Origin: an uncultured Chloroflexia bacterium
GTDB taxonomy: Bacteria; Chloroflexota; Limnocylindria; Limnocylindrales; CSP1-4
Direction of reading: 5' to 3'
Assembly: GCA_963778955.1 (NCBI GenBank)
Contig: CAVZWI010000001.1
Span: 1,074,383-1,138,382, forward strand
DNA length: 64,000 bases
In this document: piece by piece, positions 28,275 through 37,051 of the stretch
Position numbering within the stretch: position 1 is the first letter of the stretch
Layout: each line of letters opens with the position of its first letter
Notes under the pieces: model-generated
Databases searched by the model: none
Told to the model about the DNA's origin: nothing
The model's input: only the letters and a program-made list of their open reading frames with translations
Position numbers and translations under genes: made by a program

Positions 28275-28682
28275 TCAGCCCTCGGGGATGAGGACCAGCA
28301 ATGCGGTCGAGACGGTGCTGATGATGAACGAGCCGACCGCGGCGGTGATGAGAGCCTGGAGGCCCAGGTCGGGTGGGTAGCCGCCGATGACGATGAGCGG
28401 ACCCCAGGCCAGGTCGACGAGGAAGGCAACCGCCAGCAGCATGGCCGCGTTCAGCACGACCGAGAACAGGCCCAGCGTGGCGATGTTCAAGGGGATACTG
28501 ACGAGTCGGGCGATGGGCCGGATGAACGCGTTGACCAGCCCGAAGACCAGCGCCAGCGCCAGCAGCGAGACTCCGATGCTCGCCGCGTCATCGGCCCAGT
28601 CGATGGTGATGTCCGGCACCAGCAGCGCCGTCAACAGGAGTGCCACCGCGATGACGGCGACGCGGATGCCCTGCCTGATCAC
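28275..28682 (-). CDS. Phage holin family IV-like (DUF360) 4-TM membrane protein
   Basis: GTG 28682 start. Hydrophobic profile and LVNAFIRPIARLVSIPLNIATLGLFSVVLNAAML are typical of the family. The longer listed ORF overlaps the HAD gene. Confidence 0.65.
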   Translation of the reverse strand: MIRQGIRVAVIAVALLLTALLVPDITIDWADDAASIGVSLLALALVFGLVNAFIRPIARLVSIPLNIATLGLFSVVLNAAMLLAVAFLVDLAWGPLIVIGGYPPDLGLQALITAAVGSFIISTVSTALLVLIPEG

Positions 28683-28689
28683 CGGCCGC

Positions 28690-29400
28690 CTACAGCAGCT
28701 CCGCGAGCGAAGCGACCACGTAGTCGGCCTCGGGCAGCGGGTGGTTGGCATCACTGGGCACGCCGATGCAGGCGAGGCCTGCCGCCTGGGCGGCCTTGAC
28801 GCCGGTCGGTGAATCCTCGACGGCGACGGCCGACGTGGGATCGACGCCCAACCGCTCGCAGGCCAGCAGGTAGACGTCGGGCGCGGGCTTGGGTGCGACC
28901 TCATCACCGGTGGCGACGGCGTCGAACCAGCGGCCGAAGGGCGTCTGGCGCAGCACCCGGTCGACCAGCGATCGGCGCGTGTTGGAGGCCAGGCCCACGG
29001 GCACGTCGCGTTTCAGTCGGCCGATCAACTCTGTCGAGCCATCGGTCAACTCCACGCCGTCGTCGATGAGGTCACCGATGATGGCGAGGTATTCATCCTG
29101 GAGATCCGGGATACGTTCGGCGAGAATGCCGAATCGCCCTGCGAAGTAGGTGACCGACTGCAGGTCGGCGGCCCCGAAGACGGCGGCCTTGTCGGCGTCG
29201 GTCAAGTCGGCCCCGTAGCGTTCGAAGAGGATGATCTTGGCCCTGAGCCACTGTCGTTCGGTGTGCACCAGCAGCCCGTCCATGTCGAAGACCACACCCT
29301 TGAAGGGGCCGGGCAGCTGGGGTGGTGGGGCAAGGTCGGTCAAGGGGAGACTCCGTGGTCGAGCGTGGTGGGTCCTAATCGTATCCGCTCCATCGGCCAT
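28690..29400 (-). CDS. HAD superfamily hydrolase (beta-phosphoglucomutase-like subfamily IA)
   Basis: Motif I VVFDMDGLLV, motif II GLASN, motif III/IV KPAPDVY…AVEDSPTGVKAAQAAG. The start may be internal. Confidence 0.85.
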   Translation of the reverse strand: MADGADTIRTHHARPRSLPLTDLAPPPQLPGPFKGVVFDMDGLLVHTERQWLRAKIILFERYGADLTDADKAAVFGAADLQSVTYFAGRFGILAERIPDLQDEYLAIIGDLIDDGVELTDGSTELIGRLKRDVPVGLASNTRRSLVDRVLRQTPFGRWFDAVATGDEVAPKPAPDVYLLACERLGVDPTSAVAVEDSPTGVKAAQAAGLACIGVPSDANHPLPEADYVVASLAELL

Positions 29401-29420
29401 TGCCCGTAGACTGGCGCCCG

Positions 29421-30833
29421 ATGGATGAACGAGTCGCGCACGAGCCCTTCAGCGACGCGACGCTGATCTGGGATGGCGAGCCCATGCGCGGGGCCGCTGC
29501 TTCACCGTCGGCCGAACCTGACCAGCCGGACGGCGAGCCTTACGACCCCGGCCGCATCACGATGCGCTTCCGCGATGGCAACCAGGACTTCGTGGCCATG
29601 CCCTGGGATGCGCCGCTGGCCCGCTGGTCGAGTCCCGATATCGAGTTCGTGGACCTGCCGGTCGGTGCCAGCCGACATACCGTGCGCTTCGTGATCGTCG
29701 GCGGCAACATCACCGCCCTCAAGGAACTGCCGCTCGAGGTGGGCCAGCGTGAGTACGAGGTTCTCCGTGAACTGGAGGCGCGCGGTGCGCTCTCGGTCAA
29801 GGCCCGCGGCCTGGTCACGCGCAGTGGCGACGCCAGTTCGATCATCCTGACTCGCTACCTGGCGCGCTCCTTCCAGTTCCGCCGCCTCTTCATGCGCCTG
29901 CCCGAGGGCGCCAAGCGCTATCGGGACCAACTCCTCAATTCGATGACCGGCCTGCTCGTCGAGCTGCATCGCCTGGGCGTCTTCTGGGGTGACTGCTCGC
30001 TCGCCAACACGCTGCTCATGCGGGACGGACAGCGGCTCCAGGCCTTCCTCGTGGACGGCGAGACCAGCGAGATCCACGAGCGACTCTCGGATGGGCAGCG
30101 TGAGGCCGACCTGGAGATCGCCATCGAGAACGTGGCCGGGGACCTGGCCGACATGGCAGTGCTCAACGGCAAGTCCATCGAAGACATCGACGACGACTTC
30201 GAGGCGGCCCTCTCCCTGCGCGACCGCTACGAGCGGCTCTGGGACGTACTCCACCAGGACGTGACCATCCACCCCGACAAGCGCTACCGCGTGGACAAGC
30301 GGCTGAAGGCGCTGCATGAGCTGGGCTATGTGGTCGACGAGGTCATCCTCGAGCCGGGCGAGGACGGGACCGAGGACCTGCGGCTGCGGGTGGCCGTGGC
30401 CGGGCGCGACTATCACTCGCGTCGCCTGCGCCAGCTCACCGGCATCGAGGCCGGCGAGGGGCAGTCGGCCATCCTGTTGAACGACCTCACCGCCTGGGCA
30501 GGGTTGGGCTGGGCCGGTGACTGGGATTCCAAGGAGGGCGAGAGCGGGCGCACCCTGACGCGGCACGACGGCGCGCGCTGGACGCTGGAGATCTTCGAGC
30601 CGGTGGTGGCGCAGCTCATCGATGCGCTGGGTGACGACATCGACCACGTGCAGACCTATTGCGACCTGCTGGAGGTGCGTTGGCTGCTGTCCGAGCGAGC
30701 CGGGCACGATGTCGGCAATGTCGCGGCACTGCGCTCGATGGCCACTGCAGAGACGCCGGCCGGCTCGGCGGCGCAGATGGCTGGCGTGGAGACACCATCA
30801 CAGCCGCGTCGGCTAGGCTGGAAGCGACCATGA
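29421..30833 (+). CDS. DUF4032 domain protein (protein-kinase-like / LPS-kinase-like fold)
   Basis: …ALKELPLEVGQREYEVLRELEARG…IILTRYL…LHRLGVFWGDCSLANTLL…AFLVDGETSE. An alternative TTG start lies at 29400. Confidence 0.7.
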   Translation: MDERVAHEPFSDATLIWDGEPMRGAAASPSAEPDQPDGEPYDPGRITMRFRDGNQDFVAMPWDAPLARWSSPDIEFVDLPVGASRHTVRFVIVGGNITALKELPLEVGQREYEVLRELEARGALSVKARGLVTRSGDASSIILTRYLARSFQFRRLFMRLPEGAKRYRDQLLNSMTGLLVELHRLGVFWGDCSLANTLLMRDGQRLQAFLVDGETSEIHERLSDGQREADLEIAIENVAGDLADMAVLNGKSIEDIDDDFEAALSLRDRYERLWDVLHQDVTIHPDKRYRVDKRLKALHELGYVVDEVILEPGEDGTEDLRLRVAVAGRDYHSRRLRQLTGIEAGEGQSAILLNDLTAWAGLGWAGDWDSKEGESGRTLTRHDGARWTLEIFEPVVAQLIDALGDDIDHVQTYCDLLEVRWLLSERAGHDVGNVAALRSMATAETPAGSAAQMAGVETPSQPRRLGWKRP

Positions 30834-31735
30834 GCAGGAAGATCCCCAACGTTTCGACATTCACGCGCGCGCGTCGCCGTGCCGTCCGTTTCGCGACCCG
30901 TCGGCGCGACGAGAAGGCTACCGGCGGACACTTGCATTCACGCTATGACCGACTCCAGCCGGTGCCCGAGCATCCGCCCGACTGGCAGACCGGCCCGCCC
31001 GACTTCGTCATCATCGGCGCCCAGAAGTCCGGCACCACCTGGTGGCACGGCCTGATGGAGACGCACGTGCAGATCCACCGGCCGCCGCGCGGCAAGCGCG
31101 AACTCCACTTCTTCGATCACTTCTGGGACCGCTGGCCCAACCAGAAGCAGTTCGAACGCTACCGGCGCTACTTCCCGCGCCCGACCGGCTCGCTGGCCGG
31201 GGAGAAGACGCCGGGCTACCTGTACCAGCCGTGGGTGGCGCCGATGCTCAAGGAGGTCGCGCCGCAGGTGAAGCTCATCGTGCTGATGCGCGATCCGGTG
31301 GCGCGGTTCGTCTCTGGCGTCGGTCTGCTGGAGCGGTCGGGCTCGCTCAAGGGTGAGGTCGGTGGTGGCCTGGTGGGCACGCGAGAGCACCGTATCGTGG
31401 AAGCCATCGACCGCGGCCGCTATGCCGACCAGCTCGAGTGGTGGCTGACGCACTTCCCACGTGAGCAGTTCCTGCTGCTGCAATACGAGCAGTGCGTGGC
31501 CGATCCGCAGGGTCAGCTGAATCGAACGTTCGAGTTCCTGGGGCTGCGCCCGCAACACGTCACGCCGGCGCAGATCTCGCGGGCCCGCAAGAAGGCCACC
31601 AGCCAGGTGGAGGTGTCGGTGGAGACGCGCCGCATGCTGGCGACCCGCTACGCCGCCGACGTGACCCGCTTGCAGGAGTTGATGCCGGACCTCGACGTCT
31701 CGCTCTGGAAGAGTCTGGCCCGGCCGGAGTCGTAG
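30830..31735 (+). CDS. Sulfotransferase family protein
   Basis: 5'-PSB loop FVIIGAQKSGTTWW and 3'-PB region VLMRDPVARFVS. ATGA overlap with the DUF4032 stop (30830-30833). Confidence 0.8.
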   Translation: MSRKIPNVSTFTRARRRAVRFATRRRDEKATGGHLHSRYDRLQPVPEHPPDWQTGPPDFVIIGAQKSGTTWWHGLMETHVQIHRPPRGKRELHFFDHFWDRWPNQKQFERYRRYFPRPTGSLAGEKTPGYLYQPWVAPMLKEVAPQVKLIVLMRDPVARFVSGVGLLERSGSLKGEVGGGLVGTREHRIVEAIDRGRYADQLEWWLTHFPREQFLLLQYEQCVADPQGQLNRTFEFLGLRPQHVTPAQISRARKKATSQVEVSVETRRMLATRYAADVTRLQELMPDLDVSLWKSLARPES

Positions 31736-31738
31736 ATG

Positions 31739-32015
31739 CCGGTCCCAGCCGATGGGAGGACTGACGCCCAATGCGTATCGGCGGTCGGAGCCGACGCCAA
31801 CGCCGTCGAGCTCAAGGACTCCATCAAGGCACACCTCATCGGCCACGCGTCGGTCCAGGAGATCACCAAGGCGCGCAAGAGGTCCACGGACAAGGTCGCC
31901 CTGCCGGACAGCGGACGGAAGTGGCTGGCGCAGTATCATGCGCAGGACGTGGCCCGGCTGTGTGAGGTCATGTCTGATCCGGACGCCACACAGTGGAAGA
32001 GCGTCGCCTGCGACG
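31739..32015 (+). pseudogene. Chimeric gene remnant: rpiB 5' fragment (with its RBS) fused in frame to a sulfotransferase C-terminal fragment
   Basis: 31739-31846 is about 90% identical to 36507-36618 (the rpiB upstream region plus its first ~27 codons). Downstream, …QEITKARKRSTDKVALPDSGRKWLAQYHAQDVARLCEVMSDPDATQWKSVA aligns with the tail of the intact sulfotransferase (…AQISRARKKATSQVEVSVETRRMLATRYAADVTRLQELMPDLDVSLWKSLA). Confidence 0.65.
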
Positions 32016-32086
32016 GGTCTTCCGCCACCGCCGTGACATCCGGTCGCCGTTGATGACATCCTCCCGCCCTTGATGGAGACTGCGCC

Positions 32087-33378
32087 GTGAACCGCTTCGG
32101 TGACGTCAGCCTGGTGATCGTGGGCGCAGGGCAGCGCGGCAGCCAATACGCCGAGCTGGTTGTTCGGGAAGGGGCCACGATCGTGGCTATCGCCGATCCA
32201 TCCAGCGAGCGTCGTGAGCGCTTGGCGGATGTGGTGGGCGTGAGCCATGACCGCTGTTTCGATGACTGGTCTGACCTGGCTGCGCGTGGCCGCTTGTCCA
32301 TGGCTGCGATCGTCGCGACCCCCGATCGGCTCCACCGGGATCCGGCGGTCGCGCTCCTTGACCTGGGCTACGACGTCCTGCTCGAGAAACCCATGGCGCC
32401 GAACGAGCCGGATGCCGAGATGATCGTCGCGGCGGCAGAGCGACGTGGTGCTCACCTCGCGGTGGCACATGTCATGCGCTACCAGCCCCTGACCCGGGCG
32501 ATCGAGGCGCAGCTTGGTGCTGGCGGCATCGGGGAGATCGTCTCCATCCAACACCTCGAGCCGATCGGGGACTGGCACTTCACACACTCCTTCGTGCGCG
32601 GGAATTGGCGCAATGAAGAGCAGTCGGCATCGGTGCTGCTCGCGAAGTCGTGCCATGACATCGACTGGCTATCGCATCTCGTGCGTTCGAGGCCCGTGCG
32701 GGTCTCGTCATTCGGCGGTCTCTACGAGTTCCGACCGGAGCGAGCCCCGGATGGTGCCGGGGAGCGATGTCTGGATTGCACCATCGAGCCCGACTGTCCC
32801 TTCTCCGCCAAGCGTGCCTACCTGCCCTATCTCGATCTGCCTAATCGTGAATCGGCCGGTCAGCGCGGTGACCGATGTGCGCACCGCGGAAGGGCTGGTT
32901 GCTGCCCTGAGACCGGCCCCTATGGCCGTTGCGTGTACCACTCGGACAACGATGTGCTCGACCACCAGGCTGTGAACATCGAGTACGAGTCTGGCGTCGT
33001 GGCCAGCTTCCTGATGTCCGCCTTCACGCCCATGGGTGGGCGCGAGACCCGCATCGGTGGCACCAAGGGTCACCTGGAAGTGGCCGGTGACGAACTGAAG
33101 GTCTACCGCTTCCTCGATCGTTCGGTGACCATGGTCCCGATCCTCGAAGACGAGATCAGCCAGCAGGACGCCGCCGCAGGACACTCAGGCGGTGACATCG
33201 GTCTGATCCGCGCCTTCGTCGGCGCGGTGCGGAGTGGGGAATCGTTGCGGGTACCAACCGACGGCGCGAAAGCCTGCGCACCCATCGCATCGTCTGGGCC
33301 GCTGAGGAGGCCCGCCGGGAAGAGAAGGTGGTCACCTTCGAAGTCGAGAGAGTGCTAGTCCAGCCCCACGCGACTTGA
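32087..33378 (+). pseudogene. Gfo/Idh/MocA family oxidoreductase; at least 3 frameshifts
   Basis: VIVGAGQRGSQYA, LLEKPMA, SCHDIDWL, GPYGRCVYHSDNDVLDHQ. Frame changes near 32855 (expected …NREWPVSAVTDV), near 32908, and near 33270 (AAA run; the tail …ESLRTHRIVWAAEEARREEKVVTFEV is in another frame). Confidence 0.8.
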
Positions 33379-33447
33379 CCACCGAGTGATGCTGATCCAC
33401 CGCGTGAGCCAGCCCTCGCCCGGACACAGCCCCTGGTTTCGGGAGGT

Positions 33448-34972
33448 CTATCGGGCGCTCCCTCCTCCCTGCTGCAGCCCCCGTTCCCTGGCGAACCGGG
33501 CCAGGGCGTGGACCGTCTCGGCCGTGGCCGGGTAGAGCTGTCGGAACCAGCCGTAGAGGTCGGCGTAGACCCCGCAGGCGGCCAGGGTCGGCGAATCTGA
33601 AGACGCGACCCTCGACCAGTCGGTGTCCTGGCCGAGCAGGCCCGCGGCCATGCCACCGAACAAGGCATCGCCGTAGCTTGCCCCGATGGTCTCGGCGGGA
33701 GCTGCTGGGCGATGCCGGTGGTCGCTGACGATCTGCGGCCAGAGGGGATGCGTCGTTCCGCTGCGCTGGCGACGGCCACCAGCCGGCGTGGTATCTGCCC
33801 GCCCCGGCGAGCGACTCGAGCATGTGGCGTGCACCGTAGGCGGAGCCTTAAGATAGCCCGGTAGAGGTGCCCGCGGCCGTGACGCAGCGTCAGGCCGGGC
33901 TATACCCCGCGCGCGTCCGGGTCGTAGAAGGGGTTGCGCTCACCCATAAGTAGGGGAGCACGATGAGCCCATCCGAACCGGGCGACACCTCGGCGGCTTC
34001 AGCCAGCAGCGTCTCGTAGGGCACCTCACCGACCAAACGCCGCAGCCACTCGGTCAGCGCCCCCGCGGTGGTGACGCCGCCGGCCAGGGTCCGAGGTGCC
34101 AGGCAACGCCCCAGACGACTCCCCACATCGAGGGCACCGGTCGGAACGGGGCCAGCATGTGGACCAGGGTAAGGGCCGTGCCGTACATGAGCATGGCCTC
34201 ACCGGGCATGCGCACACCGATGCTGGTGGCCTCGGCCCAGGCATCGATGGTGCCGACCGCGACGGGGGTCCCCGCACGAAGCCCACACTCGTCGGCCGCT
34301 GGCGCCCGGATGGTGCCTGCCGGGTCCGACGCCCAGCCGAGGCGCGGCATCTTGAGCCCGGGAGTGACATCGTCCAGTCGGTCCGCGATCCAGGCGCGCT
34401 CGTCGAGGTCGAGAGCGGCGTGCAGTGGCTGGCCGATTGATGGTCCAGCACGTACTCGCCGGTCAGGCGCAGCACCAGGTAGGACGCGACCATCCCGAAC
34501 CGCCGCGTCCGGGCCCAGACCTCGGGTTCATGGTGCCGGACCCAGAGGGCCTTGGGGCCGACCGACTGGCTGGTGACCTGGGCGCCGCATCGCTCGAGAC
34601 CCGTTCGGCACCGTAGCGCTCGGTGAGCTCCTCGATCTCTGCCGAGGCGCGTGTGTCGATGCCGTAGAGGATGGCCGGCCGCAGTGGCCGGTCGTGGGCG
34701 TCTAGGGGCACGAATGCCGGTCCCAGGCCACTGACGCCCAGCGCCACGACACGGTCCGCATCGACCGCCGCCGTCAGCTCCCTGGTGATGGTGCAGAGGT
34801 CATTCCACCAGACGGCGTCAGCATCGTGCTCGGCCCAGCCCGGGTGGGGCATCGACACATCGTGCGCCCGGCTGGCCCGGGCCACGACGGTGCCATCCAA
34901 CGTCGATACGACGCCCTTGGAGTAGGACGTGCCGATGTCCACGCCCATGAGCAGCTCCGCGCCCTGCGCCAT
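33448..34972 (-). pseudogene. FGGY family carbohydrate kinase (xylulokinase-like); about 7 frameshifts
   Basis: Pieces lie in all three minus frames: MGVDIGTSYSKGVV, MVASYLVLRLTGEYVLDH, VAVGTIDAWAEA…MLMYGTAL, LAGGVTTAGALTEWL, DGLIVLPYL, ETIGASYGDALFGGMAAG. Confidence 0.8.
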
Positions 34973-35255
34973 CGCTCGAGTGTGCCTGTCCGCGGACGCT
35001 GATGCTGGCGCACTTCGCGGGTCGATGGAACCGGGCTCGGCCGGGCTGACCGTATCATCGTGGTCATCTGGGCGATTTCGCGACGCCGACATTCGGCTGC
35101 CGGTAAATTCCGTGGGAATGACTGCGATGATGGGATACGCGCTATCCAGGGCCGGGCCTGACCCAGGGAAATGACTGGCTCCGTGCCTTTGGCTTGATCT
35201 GTCGACCCGTGCCCCGGATGGCGCGCTGGTCGCCGGCAAGACGAGCAGTGACCTC

Positions 35256-36447
35256 ATAGGAGCCTGGACAAGAGGCCCCATCGCAGTCCTGTCCGCTCGC
35301 CCTCCGGCCGTGGCCATCACCACCATCGAGCAGGACGGAGGAGACGACCATGAGCAGCATGACGCACCGGGCGGCGGAACGCCACATCACCGTCGGCGTC
35401 GACACCCACAAGGATGTCCACGTCGCGGTCGCGCTCGACTGGCTCGGCGCTCGCATCGGGGAGCTGCACCTGCCGACGACACCGGCGGGTTACGCTGACC
35501 TCGAACGGTGGGCGGCCGGACTCGGTGCTGTCGAGGCCTTCGGGATCGAGGGCACCGGTTGCTACGGGGCGGGTCTGGCCCGCTACCTCGACGGCCTCGG
35601 CCACCGCATCGTCGAGGTGAACCGCCCCGATCGGGCCACCCGATATCGCCTCGGCAAGGCGATCCATCGATGCCGAGATGGCGGCTCGCTCGGTCCTCTC
35701 GGCACCGCGGTCGGCATCCCCAAGCGGGCCGATGGGAGCGTCGAGATGATCCGCATGCTCAAGGTGGCCAGGGCTTCGGCGGTCAAGGCACGGACCCAGT
35801 CGCTCGACCAGATCAAGGCGTTGCTGGTCACGGCACCCGCAGAGCTGCGTGAGTCCGTCCGCGGTCTGTCGACCCGCGCCTGCTCGACCGTTGTTCCGCG
35901 TTCCGTCCCGGTGTGCTCGACTCACCGACGGCGGCAGCGAAGGTCGCGCTGCGCAGCCTGGCCCGTCGCAACCTCGCGCTCCGGGACGAGGCAAAGGAGT
36001 TGGACGTGGGGATCGGGCGGCTCATGGCCGGCTCGGCGCCCGGGCTGCTCGCCGCGTTCGGCGTGGGTCCTGACAGTGCGGCGACCCTCCTCGTCAGCGC
36101 CGGGGACAACCCCTCGCGGATGCGTTCCGAGGCCGCCTTCGCCGCCCTCTGTGGATCAAGCCCGATCCCGGCCTCGTCGGGCAAGACGACGCGACACCGC
36201 CTCAACCGCGGCGGGGACCGTCAAGCCAACGCCGCCCTGTACCGCGTGGTCGTGGTCCGTCTTCGCTGGCACCAGCCCACCCAGGCCTACATGGCCCGCC
36301 GCACCGCCGAGGGCAAGACGAAAGCCGAGGTCATGCGTTGCCTGAAGCGCTATGTCGCCCGGGAGATCTTCGGTCTGCTGAGCGCCGCTGGGCAGACGTC
36401 GACTGCTCCAGCATCCGGGCTGGGGTCAGCTTGACATCTATAGGAGC
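35256..36447 (+). mobile_element. IS110 family insertion sequence (boundaries tentative)
   Basis: Contains an IS110-type transposase. The 8-mer ATAGGAGC occurs at 35256-35263 and 36440-36447, bracketing about 1.18 kb. No terminal inverted repeats, as expected for IS110. Confidence 0.6.
35350..36434 (+). pseudogene. IS110 family transposase; at least 3 frameshifts
   Basis: N-terminal DEDD domain ITVGVDTHKDVHVAVAL…AFGIEGTGCYGAGLARYL. C-terminal domain in another frame: FGVGPDSAATLLVSAGDNPSRMRSEAAFAALCGSSPIPASSGKTTRHRLNRGGDRQANAALY. Breaks at about 35661, about 35700 and about 35878. Confidence 0.85.
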
Positions 36448-36537
36448 ATCAAGGCAGGTTCTCGCGGTCGTCGCAACAACCGGCGGATCTTCGGGAGTCG
36501 TCAATTCCGGTCCCAGCCGATGGAGGACTGACCCCCA

Positions 36538-37051
36538 ATGCGTATCGCGGTCGGAGCCGACGCCAACGCCGTCGAGCTAAGCGACCTCATCAAGGCACAC
36601 CTCATCAATCGGGGCCACGAGGTCATCGACTTCGGCCTGCAGGCAGGGAGGACGTCGACTATCCCGATGTCGGCGAGCCGGTGGCCCGCGCCGTGGCCGC
36701 GGGCGAGGTCGAGCGGGCGGTGCTCATCTGCGGCACGGGGTTGGGCATGGCCATCGTGGCCAACAAGGTCCACGGCGTGCGTGCTGCCCCCGTGACCGAT
36801 CCTACTCCGCGGAACGGGCCATCAAGTCGAACAACGCCCAGGTGCTCTGCCTGGGCAGCCTGGTGGTGGGCTGGAACGTGGCCCCGCTGCTGGTCGACCA
36901 CTGGCTCGACGGGGAGTTCGCCGGTGGTGGCTCGGCTCGCAAGGTGGCCAAGCTCGAGGCCCTCGACGAGCGCGAACGAGGTCAGCAGCGCCTCCCGGTC
37001 GCCGACCGCCGGACCGTCCCCGCTCAGGCCCGGGCGCTGCCGTCCCAGTAG
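36538..37051 (+). pseudogene. rpiB: Ribose-5-phosphate isomerase B (RpiB/LacAB family); at least 2 frameshifts
   Basis: MRIAVGADANAVELSDLIKAHLINRGHEVIDFG; then VLICGTGLGMAIVANKVHGVRAA and NAQVLCLGSLVVG in other frames. One break is at GATCC(C)TAC, about 36801. Confidence 0.8.

Noticed and set aside
35350-36434. Frameshifts in the IS transposase as programmed ribosomal frameshifting.
   Set aside because: IS110-family transposases are single-ORF enzymes. There are three or more breaks, without slippery heptamers, of the same homopolymer/GATC type seen in neighbouring non-IS genes.
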